Notes: a model not told the origin generated them from the letters alone. A stretch of DNA of 64,000 nucleotides from Candidatus Thorarchaeota archaeon (GCA_011364905.1 RDNZ01000001.1:130803-194802), one strand, 5' to 3'; shown: positions 11,012 through 21,788, counted from the stretch's first letter. Numbers and translations: made by a program.

Positions 11012-11467
11012 TCAGATTTCACGCATCATAGATGGCGAGCTTGTACAGAGGGTGGTGAATTCGACTGATTGCTTCATGTCCTCAGGAACCCTATCTCGCG
11101 TAACTACAACAAATCCTTTCTTCACAAAGTATCTTTCAGCTGTGTCAGTCAAAAGGAATAGACGAGTTATTCCATTCTTTTTTGCTAGTTCGGTTATGCT
11201 CTCGACCAGTTGCGTACCTAGTCCGGCTCCTTGAAAGTCAGGGTGCACTGCAAGAGACCTCAATAGTGCTGATTCACCGTAAATCTCCAAACCTACTGAA
11301 CCGATGAGGAATTCAGATCCATCTTTTTCATTTGGATGTCGGATAATGAGGAAGTTCTCCAAATGAGGCTCGATACCATCAGGTGGAAGCTTAGTGATTT
11401 CTAGAAGCGCCGAAATCGAAGAATAATCAGATTCCTTTGCTCTTTCTGGACTAAAATTATTGGACAT
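11012..11467 (-). CDS. GNAT acetyltransferase, ArsN2-like
   Basis: LLRSLAVHPDFQGAGLG, LLTDTAERYF and S.EF..LC tail. Confidence 0.8.
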   Translation of the reverse strand: MSNNFSPERAKESDYSSISALLEITKLPPDGIEPHLENFLIIRHPNEKDGSEFLIGSVGLEIYGESALLRSLAVHPDFQGAGLGTQLVESITELAKKNGITRLFLLTDTAERYFVKKGFVVVTRDRVPEDMKQSVEFTTLCTSSPSMMREI

Positions 11468-11593
11468 ATTGCGACTGATAGTAGGAATTGGTTATAACTG
11501 ACTCGGAGCGAGCGAGGACAATCAGACTTGACCATAGCCTTTCTTATACAAGTTCAAACAGTCATTTTGAAGAGAAATCAGAAGCTGGTCAAG

Positions 11594-12406
11594 ATGGTAA
11601 GCGATTACTCCTTGAGACCTTTGAGAGAGGAAGACTGGGACAGGTTCCACGAGATGGAGAAGACTGCATTTGAAGAAGGGGACCTGATGACAAAGGACAA
11701 TTTCGACAATTCGTTCAGTACGGATGGATTCATTGCATTGGAAATCAATGAATTGCTAGTAGGCTATATCCGTGTTTCTCAATATGGATCAGAGGAAGGC
11801 CATCTTGGTAGAATAGGTGTGGCTGGTTCGCATCAGGGGCAGGGATGGGGGAAGGTTTTGATGGAGCATGCGATTGATTGGTTCAAAAACAAAGAAAACA
11901 TCAAGGCAGTCCATCTCTACACTCAAGACTACAATAAAACAGCTCAGTCTCTATACATGAAGTACGGTTTCATGGTATCAGGGACAACCTGGAGCTATTT
12001 TATCCCATTTGAAGGTCTTGAACCTAAAGGAAGATATACCTGTCAAATTATTGATGAAAATGACATTGATGTAGCGGCTGAAATGTTCCCCTCATTACCA
12101 TCAGCACAGATCAGGAAATTCATAGAGAGTGAAGTGAATCAAGTCCTTACACTGAAGAATGAAACCAAGAAGATTGTCGGGGCAGCCAGATTCACACCAT
12201 CATATCCAGGTGTCTTTCCATTCGAAATCACTGACGTCGATTGTTTTGATGATTTCATTATCGGGATACAAAAACTAAGTCTGCCAGAGTTTGATTATGT
12301 GAGAAGCACTTTCACTGACAATGAGGAACTGGCTAAACTCTGTGGAGAGCGCGGATATCATTTACATCACAGACTGTACAAGATGACCCTCAGACTAGTA
12401 GACTAG
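11594..12406 (+). CDS. GNAT N-acetyltransferase
   Basis: HLGRIGV...QGQGWGK and N..AQSLY.KYGF. Start taken at ATG 11594. Confidence 0.85.
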   Translation: MVSDYSLRPLREEDWDRFHEMEKTAFEEGDLMTKDNFDNSFSTDGFIALEINELLVGYIRVSQYGSEEGHLGRIGVAGSHQGQGWGKVLMEHAIDWFKNKENIKAVHLYTQDYNKTAQSLYMKYGFMVSGTTWSYFIPFEGLEPKGRYTCQIIDENDIDVAAEMFPSLPSAQIRKFIESEVNQVLTLKNETKKIVGAARFTPSYPGVFPFEITDVDCFDDFIIGIQKLSLPEFDYVRSTFTDNEELAKLCGERGYHLHHRLYKMTLRLVD

Positions 12407-12486
12407 AGCCTGATGGGTGACTATTACAAAACCATCATATACAGTTGCATGTAGGGGTACACATTCTCTAAAGCAGGTGGAAGACT

Positions 12487-13374
12487 ATGACCAAGGTTGC
12501 AGTTATTTCAACAAATGATCGAGTCTACGGAGTGAACAAATCCTTCGAACTCCTTGGAATCAATCCAGTCAAAGACAAGAGGGTCGTTTTCAAACCAAAC
12601 TTCAACACAGCGGACCCACCACCCGCATCGACTCACATGGATACATTCAGACAGATTCTGGTAAAGATACAGGAGATGGGAGCAAAGACAATCACTGTTG
12701 CAGAGAGATGCGGACCTGCAAATACAGATGAGGCATTCAGGAAAAAGGGTCTCTATGAACTGTCAGACGAGTTTGGATTCAATATCGTAAACCTCGAAAC
12801 GGCAACGGAAGACCAATGGGTGAAGAAAAATCCTGAAGGAAATCACTGGAAGAATGGTTTCCTTTTTGCAAAGGTCTTCGATGAAGCAGAGTGCGTTGTC
12901 GAAACCTGCTGCTTAAAGACTCACATGTATGGAGGTCAGTTCACCCTATCTCTGAAGAACGCAACAGCTTTGGTTCCAAGAGTGGGCTACAAATACATGA
13001 GTGAGCTTCATAGCTCACCGCACCAGAGAAAGATGATTGCCGAGATCAATGCTGCTTACAAATGGGACTTGGTCATTATGGACGGAGTACTTGCTTTTGT
13101 TGATGGGGGACCGATGGAGGGGACGCTCAAAGAGCCGAATGTGTTTGTTGCCGGAACAGACAAAATCGCAATAGATGCAGTCGGTGTCGCGCTGCTACGA
13201 ATGCTTGGCACCACACCAGAGGTTTCCAAGGGATCAATTTTCAAGCAGGAACAGATTGCACGAGCTGTGGAGCTGGGGATTGGGGTTTCGTCTTTCCAGG
13301 AGATCGAATTCGTGACGGATTCAGCACAGAGTGAGAAGTTAGTTGAAAAGATGAAACAAGAGTTCGAAGAGTAA
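12487..13374 (+). CDS. DUF362 family protein
   Basis: KPNFN, LKTH...FTLSLKN, IMDG and D.IAIDAV motifs. Confidence 0.85.
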   Translation: MTKVAVISTNDRVYGVNKSFELLGINPVKDKRVVFKPNFNTADPPPASTHMDTFRQILVKIQEMGAKTITVAERCGPANTDEAFRKKGLYELSDEFGFNIVNLETATEDQWVKKNPEGNHWKNGFLFAKVFDEAECVVETCCLKTHMYGGQFTLSLKNATALVPRVGYKYMSELHSSPHQRKMIAEINAAYKWDLVIMDGVLAFVDGGPMEGTLKEPNVFVAGTDKIAIDAVGVALLRMLGTTPEVSKGSIFKQEQIARAVELGIGVSSFQEIEFVTDSAQSEKLVEKMKQEFEE

Positions 13375-13422
13375 TTCACTTAGTTCAAAAGTCTCTTAAA
13401 TGCCCAACTTCTCAGATGCATT

Positions 13423-14625
13423 ATGATAGAGGTACGAGAAGCCCGTGAAGAAGACAGAGAGTCTGCGCTAAGAGTGCTCTGGAAAGCATTCGAATCAACC
13501 ACAGGTTATGAAGACTATCTAAAACAAGAGTGGATTAAGAGATGGAACACTCCTGAAAAGGAGAATTACGCCTATGTTGCAGTGGATGGAAGTAAGGTTG
13601 TTTCGAGTCTCTCGTTCTTCACTACCGCTGAACAAGAACAGATTATCAGAGGTGCTCCAGTAAGATTTGGCGGCGTATGGGCAGTTGCAACTGATCCAGC
13701 GTACCGTAGGAAAGGACTAGTCAGGAAGATATTTGATATCTCTTTACCTAGGATGCGAGATGAGAGTGCATCTCTCTCAATCTTAGACCCCTTCTATAGA
13801 CCATTCTATGAGAAATTTTCATACGCATTAGCAGAGAAGCGAGCCTACCATGTATTCACGAGGGACCAAATTAGAGTCGGCAAGACCAGGAACGACATAA
13901 CATCAAGAGAAGCGAAGGACCCAGATGATAGGAAAACAATCCAGCAAATCGAAAGAACAATGACACGGTTTGGCTCTAGGTTCTTCACGAGTGGCGAGTT
14001 CATGGACTATGTCATGAAGAATGGTATTATGCATATACTTGAGGACGATAGTGGGCCAGTAGGCAGTGTGTGGTTCAACTTCACGAAAGGACCACCGAGG
14101 GAGCCTCCTGAACTGACTGTCGGTATGTCGAGATACGCGCGCGATGATGTTTTTCCCTCAATCGTCGAGTTGGTTCGTAACCACTCAGTTAACGTGAGCA
14201 AAGTTTCATGGTGGACCGATGCTGATGTTCCAGTCAGACATTATTTCAGTGATATCCATCGAACCGAGTCGCATTTGATAGGCTCTATGATGATGAGGGT
14301 TGTTGATATTGAAGGCTACTGCCGAAGTATCAAGATTCCTGAAGATACGACAGAAAAAGTCACTATTGAGTTGACTGATGATCAATGTCCATGGAACAAT
14401 GGTATCTTTACTCTTGTTCCTGATGGAGGTAAACTAACAGCTGAAAGGAGTGACTCAGAACCAGACATATCTCTTAACGCATTTCAGTTATCGGAAGTGA
14501 TTGCAGGGATTACTCCACCGACACTTCTTAGGTCTCTAAAGGAGATCGACTGCGATGAAAAGACAGCAAGAAGACTTGAGGACATATTCCCTGCTGATGC
14601 ATTTGTATCGTACACTCGTTTCTGA
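13423..14625 (+). CDS. Eis-like GNAT acetyltransferase with C-terminal SCP2-like domain
   Basis: VWAVATDPAYRRKGLV, FYEKFSY, MMRVVD and D.QCPWNNG motifs. Confidence 0.85.
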   Translation: MIEVREAREEDRESALRVLWKAFESTTGYEDYLKQEWIKRWNTPEKENYAYVAVDGSKVVSSLSFFTTAEQEQIIRGAPVRFGGVWAVATDPAYRRKGLVRKIFDISLPRMRDESASLSILDPFYRPFYEKFSYALAEKRAYHVFTRDQIRVGKTRNDITSREAKDPDDRKTIQQIERTMTRFGSRFFTSGEFMDYVMKNGIMHILEDDSGPVGSVWFNFTKGPPREPPELTVGMSRYARDDVFPSIVELVRNHSVNVSKVSWWTDADVPVRHYFSDIHRTESHLIGSMMMRVVDIEGYCRSIKIPEDTTEKVTIELTDDQCPWNNGIFTLVPDGGKLTAERSDSEPDISLNAFQLSEVIAGITPPTLLRSLKEIDCDEKTARRLEDIFPADAFVSYTRF

Positions 14626-14678
14626 TTATACTAGTCTACCATAGAGAAGGTCCGGAAAAGGACAAAGCCAATCCGAAT

Positions 14679-15563
14679 TCATTTCAATGATTTAACGAAG
14701 TTGTCTGCACAGGTCTCTGAACAGAAGGACTGAGATTTCCCTTCCACGTTTCTCAAAATCATTTCGCCTTTCTCTATAGAGTCACCGCAGTACGAACAAA
14801 CTGCATCCATGTCTGTTGTATTTCCACAGCAAGGAGTGAGAATAACATCTTTGATCTCCTTTTGGATACCAAGAAACTCGTCATTATCAGAGAGGAAGAT
14901 GTATGCAAGTCCTTGGAGCAAGTCACTCAAAGCGGTGGATTCGATATCGACATCCTTCATTTGAGTCGCTAGATACTCCATCGTTTCATCAACCATTTCA
15001 ATCTGCCGCAGCATAAGGTCTTCCAGATGTCCCCAATCTTTTTCCTTCATGTCGACATTTAGGCCATCTTTGAAAAGCTTGAAGTATGAACCTACAACAT
15101 CGCCGCTCATCTTCGAGTCAATGATAATGAAGACTTTCGCTGTACGTCTATAGTAAATCCCTCGACGACTCTTACTATCGTCTTCATCTTTTTGAGAGAA
15201 TTCCTCCACAAGACCTTGTTCTACCAGTTTTGGTAAATGATAATAGCAGTTGTATTTTGATACATCCACCTCTGGGAGATATTGCTCGACGTTTGCCACG
15301 ATGTCAGGCACAGTCAACCAGAAACGTTTAGTCTTCTTTTCCTCCACCACAGTCGTGCGCACCTTCGTGCCATCAGCCTTGATCGTTTCTTCTGTGGTTG
15401 TATGCTCTTTGATGCTCTCAGTTCCATACCGGAGGGCAACAAGAATAGCACGCCGAATAGGATCTCGAAAAGATTCGACAAGGTCTCGGTTAGTAATCAT
15501 GAAGTAACTGCGTACTTTTGAATCAGGGAAAACTGGTTGTGGTTCTGTGGACAATATTCGCAC
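14679..15563 (-). CDS. Winged-HTH (ArsR-like) regulator with C-terminal TRASH/YHS-like metal-binding motif
   Basis: DPIRRAIL...YYHLPKLVEQGLV...YYRRTAK; C-terminal CCG, CSYCG and FCSETC. Confidence 0.75.
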   Translation of the reverse strand: MRILSTEPQPVFPDSKVRSYFMITNRDLVESFRDPIRRAILVALRYGTESIKEHTTTEETIKADGTKVRTTVVEEKKTKRFWLTVPDIVANVEQYLPEVDVSKYNCYYHLPKLVEQGLVEEFSQKDEDDSKSRRGIYYRRTAKVFIIIDSKMSGDVVGSYFKLFKDGLNVDMKEKDWGHLEDLMLRQIEMVDETMEYLATQMKDVDIESTALSDLLQGLAYIFLSDNDEFLGIQKEIKDVILTPCCGNTTDMDAVCSYCGDSIEKGEMILRNVEGKSQSFCSETCADNFVKSLK

Positions 15564-15674
15564 CGTTTATTTTTCGACAGATACACTAAATCTGCTTCAA
15601 TGCTATAGCTCTTACACTTTTATAGCCTTTGCTATCTTTGTTAGTATTTTCTTTACACCTTTATCAACGATAAG

Positions 15675-15740
15675 TTTATAAGAAAGTGTAATGTTTACAC
15701 TATGTGTAGCATAACAATGTGACAATTGAACTAAATTGTC
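15675..15740 (+). promoter_or_regulatory. TATA box with adjacent palindromic operator(s)
   Basis: TTTATAAG followed by AGTGTAA-N3-TTACACT (15685-15701) and GACAATT-N6-AATTGTC (15721-15740). Confidence 0.55.
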
Positions 15741-15752
15741 TGGGTGATAAAA

Positions 15753-15872
15753 ATGGCGTTCACTAAAACAAGAAAAAGCTCAAAGGGTTGCTGGGAATGC
15801 ACTGAAAGAAACAATCTAGACCGTGTTTCAATATATCAGTACAATAGTCCGGTAGCCTCAATGATTAGGTAA
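15753..15872 (+). CDS. Small CxxC peptide (39 aa)
   Basis: MAFTKTRKSSKGCWECTERNNLDRVSIYQYNSPVASMIR*; GGTGAT SD, TATA upstream, hairpin downstream. Below the ORF-track cutoff. Confidence 0.55.
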   Translation: MAFTKTRKSSKGCWECTERNNLDRVSIYQYNSPVASMIR

Positions 15873-15904
15873 TCCGAGAAAATCTCTCTATTCTCCATAC
15901 TAAG

Positions 15905-15945
15905 GAGGAAGCATCGCACTCAGATCGTGGGTGTGATGCTTCTTC
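15905..15945 (+). terminator. Long stem-loop downstream of the small peptide gene
   Basis: GAGGAAGCATCGCACTCA-gatcg-TGGGTGTGATGCTTCTTC, an 18-bp stem including G-U pairs. Confidence 0.55.
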
Positions 15946-16143
15946 AACTATATCTGCGTGTTGCAGCCAAACCACACTCTTCGAAATTGCTTCCAAGTTT
16001 CAATGCCTTCTTTTCCACATGGACCTGTTTTGAAAAACCATCAATGCTGAGAAACTCAATTCATAGCTTTTGCACAGAATAAAGTGTTTTATTAGTTGCG
16101 ACCATAGGAAGGAACTCTTGCCGTTTGTGTGGAGGAGCGATGG

Positions 16144-19100
16144 ATGAAGAAGGTGAGAACGAACCAAAGGAGGCCTTCCCTGAAATTCATGGCGGCTATT
16201 ATTGTATCAATGTTAGCAGTTTCTACCATAGCCATGATCAGAGTAACAACCGATATTGGCTCTGGAAAAGAGTTAGAACCAATTCCTGTTGACCAGGTAT
16301 ATGCAAGCCACCCCTGTGAAATCAGTTCAGTTCTTGCCCAAGAAGGAGTTTGGGTTTCACCTGATTCATCACTCGCTGGAACTCCATCTCAAGCTCACAC
16401 TACGGTCTCGGATACTTCAGGGACCACGATTGTTGCAGATTTTCATGGATTCTATAGAAACAACACCTTTTCGATAAACGGAACTCTGTATGACAACCTC
16501 GAAATGCCAGGAGCTTTCTCCATGAATGAGCCCGGTAGGCCCATGCTACCACGGTTGTCCGAGTTTGTCGAGATTCCTTTTGACGTTGACGTTTCGGTTC
16601 AAGTCCTCGCCTCATCGTATGTGACAGACACTGGATACAACGTCAGACCTGCTCCCCTCCCCAATGTTCCAGTTGAGCTAAGTGTACCCGACTCTTACAA
16701 TTTGTCCCTATTCTATCCGGCTCCAACAATCTTCGACCCTGTGTATTCGAGAAATGCCTTCTTTCCCGGAAATGGTACCAGTGTTAGTGGAGAAACAACC
16801 GCGACATCGATAGTGATAAGGGGCCACAGACTGCTGGAACTCAACTTCTATCCCGTTCAGTTCAATCCTGTAACAGGAAACGCTCTGATGTTCTCCCAAT
16901 TAGTAATTAAACTAAAGTATAGCAAGCCTGCTCAGATTCAGCCAGTTCGAAGCTCGTTGCGATCAGATATCTTTGAGCAAATCATTCGTGACTCCATTTT
17001 ATACTACGATCCTATCCACATCCAACACTCTGAAACCTTGGGCGAACCGTTCCTGTACTCAATCACACCACCGTCGCCGCCATCTTCTCCAAATTCCACG
17101 GTGCATATGTTCTCTCAGTCCCAATTGATCCCAGAGGATGTAAGCGGCGAGTATCTGATTATCACAACCGACCTTCTCAAACCTCAAGCTCTGAAACTAG
17201 CCGCTTGGAAACAGCAAAAGGGCGTTCGCTCCGCAGTCTATTCCTTTTCGGAACCACCAACAACAACAGATGTAAGGGCGGTAATTGAATTTGCTTACAA
17301 CAATGCGATTCCAGCTCCGACATATGTCTTGCTTTTTGGAGATGTCGAAATCATTCCAACTAATTATGACATGAATCATAGAGCAAAGTTCGGCCCGGGT
17401 TTTCCGCCTCCTCTTTTTCAACCAAATACGGATGGTTTCGGTACCATTGCATCGGACTTAGGCTACTTCAATATTGAGGGGCATAGATATTTCCCCGATA
17501 TGATTTACAGCCGGATATCAGTGGACACCCCAGAACAAGCCGAGATAGTCGTAAACAAGACTCTTCAATATGAGCAGTCTCCGCCATTTCAACCAGAGTT
17601 CTATAGCAATATGCTGTCAACTGGATATTTCAATGACATGAAACCCAGAAATGGGATAGAAGACAGAGAGTACCCATTTGTCTATTATCTTGAAAAGATT
17701 AGAGAATTTTTGGAATCGGACTATGCTTACAAAGTGAACTACACCTATACACGGTCGGATGCTCAAATACCGGTGAAGTTCTACACTCGATTCGATCCGA
17801 CAGATCCAGACTCCAATCTGCTGTCGAACTCACCCCTAGCTGACTATTACTGGCCTGAAGAAGAGGTCAATCCAATTTTGGCTGCTCCTGTAATAGAGAG
17901 ATTGCAGTCAGTTTTCAATCAAGGAAGTTTCTTCGCTCTCTATTACGGTCATGGCAGTTCGACGAATATGGTCTACAACTTTGATGCGAATCCAAGGGAA
18001 GGCATAGAAGGATGGGTCACGCCATACTTCGACACCTCTTGTGTTCGGGATTTGGTGAATGGAAATAAGACACCATTGATAGTGAGTATGGGTTGCAATA
18101 CTGGATGGTTTGATGGTGAAACCGATCAAACGTACATGGATATCTCCGGGTTGGTTCCAAATCCTTTTAGTTCTGTGGCGAGCGAATGCTTCGCTGAGAA
18201 CATTACAAGGATGAAAGATGGGGGCGCTATTGCGGTAATTGCAGCTTCACGTCCAGCTTATGCACGAATCAGCGGAGATCTACTAAACGGAATAGTCCAA
18301 GCCTTCTGGCCAGGATTTCAAGAGTCTGAAAATCAACCCATTTACGAAATGGGTGCGGCTCTACTTTTCAGCAAGTTACAGGTAGCACACGCAAGGATGA
18401 CTCGCTATGATCCAGAGGCGCAAACCAGAACAACATTCGAAGAATTCCATCTCTTTGGCGACCCTGAAACACAGCTTTGGACAGAGAATCCTTCCAATTT
18501 TAGTGTCGAGTATCAGCCCATCGGAACCACAGGTGACCAGAAGTTTGCTGTGACCGTCAAAAACAAAGACACCGGTGATCGCGTCCCTGGAGCCAAGGTT
18601 TGTATCCAACAGGGCACATATATCTATCAAGTTGGTTATACGGACAATTGGGGTCAAATAAGATTCAATTGCGATCCATTTGATACATTATCATCTCTCA
18701 ATGTGACTGTGACAAAACACAATTTCAGACCATATATCGGTGAAGTCGAGACTTTTGCGCCGGACTACATTAGTCCCACTGGAGAGCCCCCCACAGTTAG
18801 CGCTTCCCCCGAATCAGTCGTTGTGGGCAGAGATGTAAAAATCATCGTATCTGGATTCGATGAACAGCAAGAAGTAAACATATTTTTCGATGGAGTGGAG
18901 CAATATCCGCCGATACCTGTGGGCTCAAACGAAGTTCAAATACCTGTACCTGACGATGAGCCACCTATCGTTACAGTCACTGCGAAACAAGGTAATACTC
19001 GGGCATCTAATTATTTCAAACGATTATCTACAGACCAGAATCCTGATTCTTACATCTATTCGCAGTATGACGAAAGCACTTGGCATCTTGCAAATTACGA

Positions 19101-19833
19101 ACTTGTTTGGGACAATCCTTGTATAACAATATACAAAGGTTCGAGGCAAGTGACATATGTCAAACAGAATGAGAATTACGATGTCAAAGTGAAGGTGTAT
19201 TGTGGAGGAAACGCGGATGCAGTTGATACTAAAGTGTCCCTTCGATGTTCATATAATGGAGGAGTATCTTGGAGACCAGTTGGAAATGATACAATTACAA
19301 TTGCCCTTGGAGAATCAAATGAGGCATCCATTAGCTGGATGCCTAACCTCCCTAATGCTGCATACTTACAAGTAGTACTCGAACCCACGAATGAAAGACT
19401 AGAAGATGAGAGCAACAACATCGGATTAGAGTATCAAGATGTCATTCCTCTGTGCTCGCCTGGTTCAAGAAACTTTCAGGTTGGTAATCCTACAGATGCC
19501 AAAGACTATGTCTTAATCAACGTGAAGCAGGAGGGGAGCTATGACGATGTTTGGAATGCCACGGTTCTAAACTACTCCTCTCAGAGAATGGAGGCAAATG
19601 AAAACAAGTCAGTAACGTTGTTTGTTGATCCCGGAATACTTGAGAATTCTCAAGAAGAACGCAATTTCACGGTTGATATCTACATTAATGGGAGATTAGT
19701 AGGCGGCGCGACAATGGAAGCAACAGCCAATGCAGCAGAATGCCATCACGTCTGTTATTGCATTTGCGTTTTGATTCTATTAGTAGGAATAATAGCAATT
19801 GGAGTGCTTCTTTGGTATGCGAGAAGACCATGA
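16144..19833 (+). CDS. Gingipain-like peptidase family C25 with propeptide, Ig-like domains and C-terminal membrane anchor
   Basis: Propeptide G.P.LP, YLIIT, YVLLFGD, catalytic YYGHGS and SMGCNTG, LFGDP; N- and C-terminal hydrophobic segments. Confidence 0.88.
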   Translation: MKKVRTNQRRPSLKFMAAIIVSMLAVSTIAMIRVTTDIGSGKELEPIPVDQVYASHPCEISSVLAQEGVWVSPDSSLAGTPSQAHTTVSDTSGTTIVADFHGFYRNNTFSINGTLYDNLEMPGAFSMNEPGRPMLPRLSEFVEIPFDVDVSVQVLASSYVTDTGYNVRPAPLPNVPVELSVPDSYNLSLFYPAPTIFDPVYSRNAFFPGNGTSVSGETTATSIVIRGHRLLELNFYPVQFNPVTGNALMFSQLVIKLKYSKPAQIQPVRSSLRSDIFEQIIRDSILYYDPIHIQHSETLGEPFLYSITPPSPPSSPNSTVHMFSQSQLIPEDVSGEYLIITTDLLKPQALKLAAWKQQKGVRSAVYSFSEPPTTTDVRAVIEFAYNNAIPAPTYVLLFGDVEIIPTNYDMNHRAKFGPGFPPPLFQPNTDGFGTIASDLGYFNIEGHRYFPDMIYSRISVDTPEQAEIVVNKTLQYEQSPPFQPEFYSNMLSTGYFNDMKPRNGIEDREYPFVYYLEKIREFLESDYAYKVNYTYTRSDAQIPVKFYTRFDPTDPDSNLLSNSPLADYYWPEEEVNPILAAPVIERLQSVFNQGSFFALYYGHGSSTNMVYNFDANPREGIEGWVTPYFDTSCVRDLVNGNKTPLIVSMGCNTGWFDGETDQTYMDISGLVPNPFSSVASECFAENITRMKDGGAIAVIAASRPAYARISGDLLNGIVQAFWPGFQESENQPIYEMGAALLFSKLQVAHARMTRYDPEAQTRTTFEEFHLFGDPETQLWTENPSNFSVEYQPIGTTGDQKFAVTVKNKDTGDRVPGAKVCIQQGTYIYQVGYTDNWGQIRFNCDPFDTLSSLNVTVTKHNFRPYIGEVETFAPDYISPTGEPPTVSASPESVVVGRDVKIIVSGFDEQQEVNIFFDGVEQYPPIPVGSNEVQIPVPDDEPPIVTVTAKQGNTRASNYFKRLSTDQNPDSYIYSQYDESTWHLANYELVWDNPCITIYKGSRQVTYVKQNENYDVKVKVYCGGNADAVDTKVSLRCSYNGGVSWRPVGNDTITIALGESNEASISWMPNLPNAAYLQVVLEPTNERLEDESNNIGLEYQDVIPLCSPGSRNFQVGNPTDAKDYVLINVKQEGSYDDVWNATVLNYSSQRMEANENKSVTLFVDPGILENSQEERNFTVDIYINGRLVGGATMEATANAAECHHVCYCICVLILLVGIIAIGVLLWYARRP

Positions 19834-19972
19834 CGTTAAGTTAGCAGTTCATACTTTATCATAAAATCTAGAGTCGTTTTCGGCAAATATTTTGTTTTAT
19901 CTTTTAATAGCTGAATTTTTATACAACCTGCATAGAGTTTACAACTACTACGTCGTTAGGAGGTAGATGTAA

Positions 19973-20095
19973 ATGGACCGTAGGATCCTTTATGCTATCA
20001 TTGTTGTTCTCATAATCATTTTACTTATCGTAGTTTTGGAATGCTTGGGAATATCAGATATAATACCCGGTTTTCCAGTGGAAGGCTTTACATAA
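19973..20095 (+). CDS. Small single-pass membrane protein (40 aa)
   Basis: MDRRILYAIIVVLIIILLIVVLECLGISDIIPGFPVEGFT*; strong AGGAGGT SD. Not in the ORF track. Confidence 0.7.
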   Translation: MDRRILYAIIVVLIIILLIVVLECLGISDIIPGFPVEGFT

Positions 20096-20165
20096 TCCAG
20101 TGCGTTACTTGCACCCAATGATCCAGATGCTAGTTCCAGCGGTGAAGAGACCTACAGCTATCTTC

Positions 20166-21635
20166 CTATAGCTTCTCAGTCAAACTTTCAAAATGAATTC
20201 TTAAGAATTCTAGATCCTCCTTTTCAATGAGTGATTGGAGCTGTGGAACAATCTCTCTTAGACGCGTTGCGTCGCTGTCCATAATCGCTGCATCAGCCTT
20301 GAGTAGCAGAACAAGTCCCAATATTCCGGGAAGGTCTTCAGACAGTGCCTTATCCTCCAAAATGGCCAACGATGGAGAAACTACTTCTTCCGAGGTACAA
20401 GAATAAACTTCAATCTTTGCGAGTTGATACAAGAAGATGAGTTCCATAATGAAAGCTCCCCGAAATTGTTCATAGATCTCAAGTCCCTGATTAACACTAC
20501 TTAGAGCTGATGTAAAGTCTCCTCGAGCCATTTCCAAAACGCCAGTAACAAAGTAGAGCCATGCAAGTTGACTCTCATCTCCAGATTTCAAGATTGGTTC
20601 TTGATATGTATCCAAAAGAATCTGAGCCTCTGTGAGCCTATTCAAGAGAATAAGTGACCACATCTGATTGAGTTTTGCGCGATTTGTCAGAATTGGTCTG
20701 TTCTTTACCTGATTTTCGGTCATTAGTCCCCACTCCAAACCAGATTCAGGTTCGCCAATCACATTGTATAAGGTCGAGAGAAAGTAAGAAGCATTGGCTG
20801 TGCTCAAACCTGCTCTTTCTCGTAGCGTGATAACATCTAGAAGACTCTTGATTGCGCTATCAAACTTGCCGCGCATTGCGTCTATAAGACCAAGCTTATC
20901 CAGAATATTTGCGTAGTTCATGGGAATCCCCAGAGAAGATTCAACTATTGCATATGCTTGTTGAAGTAATTCCTTACATTCTGCCCGATCCTGGTTCATA
21001 ATGATGTTTGCTTTCTTTGTTAGAAGGTGTGCAACTCGTACTCGGTCATTGAATTTCTCGGCGGCGCGTAACGCTCTGTTAATGCATCGAAGTCGGCCAT
21101 CAGCGTCACCATCTGAGAGTGCCTTCTCTGACAAGTAATCATAAAGCGTGGCTTCGTAGAAACCAAAATTAGATTCGTTGTCCATTAGCTCTTTGATCTT
21201 ATCCATTATTTCTGTTTCATACATGGTTTTTGGATAGTTTCTCATGGCAACTTCGAATTTCATGAAGTACATTTCTAGTGCGATCCAATCATCTGGTTGC
21301 GTAGCAAGAATTGCATCAGCCATTTCATGGACTTTCTCAACATCTTCATAGGTGCCCTGATATGATGAAGCAAAGAACAGATTTGGTTCCAAAATCTGAT
21401 TTTCACCATATTTCTCTCTAATCTTGTCGATGAGTTTGTATTCGTATGCAAGGATAGCATGATGAATTGCAAAATAGACAGTCATGACTCGACTATTAGT
21501 GTTTAAGACCAATTCACCCAATCTTTCAACAAAGTTATAGTAGTCTGAAGCTTCAGCCATAACATACTCCAGCACATTCTTTGTTTCTTCATCGATAAAA
21601 GGGAAATATTGGGTTATAGTCCCAATTGGTTCCAT
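20166..21635 (-). CDS. TPR-like alpha-solenoid protein
   Basis: TPR-like helices (LG.I..MRGKFDSA; GVLEMARGDFTSA). Start taken at MEPIGT, with GGAGGAG upstream. Confidence 0.7.
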   Translation of the reverse strand: MEPIGTITQYFPFIDEETKNVLEYVMAEASDYYNFVERLGELVLNTNSRVMTVYFAIHHAILAYEYKLIDKIREKYGENQILEPNLFFASSYQGTYEDVEKVHEMADAILATQPDDWIALEMYFMKFEVAMRNYPKTMYETEIMDKIKELMDNESNFGFYEATLYDYLSEKALSDGDADGRLRCINRALRAAEKFNDRVRVAHLLTKKANIIMNQDRAECKELLQQAYAIVESSLGIPMNYANILDKLGLIDAMRGKFDSAIKSLLDVITLRERAGLSTANASYFLSTLYNVIGEPESGLEWGLMTENQVKNRPILTNRAKLNQMWSLILLNRLTEAQILLDTYQEPILKSGDESQLAWLYFVTGVLEMARGDFTSALSSVNQGLEIYEQFRGAFIMELIFLYQLAKIEVYSCTSEEVVSPSLAILEDKALSEDLPGILGLVLLLKADAAIMDSDATRLREIVPQLQSLIEKEDLEFLRIHFESLTEKL

Positions 21636-21788
21636 CGCTACTCCTCCGCTATGGCGAATATCCAGCATATCATGTATGCGTCACTTAGAGAAAAATCTTG
21701 TTCACATTCCACTAATGTCTAAATGAATTGTTGACACATTAGTACGACATCTGCGAAGTATAAGGAAGAAGAGAATCGTCAATTGGAT

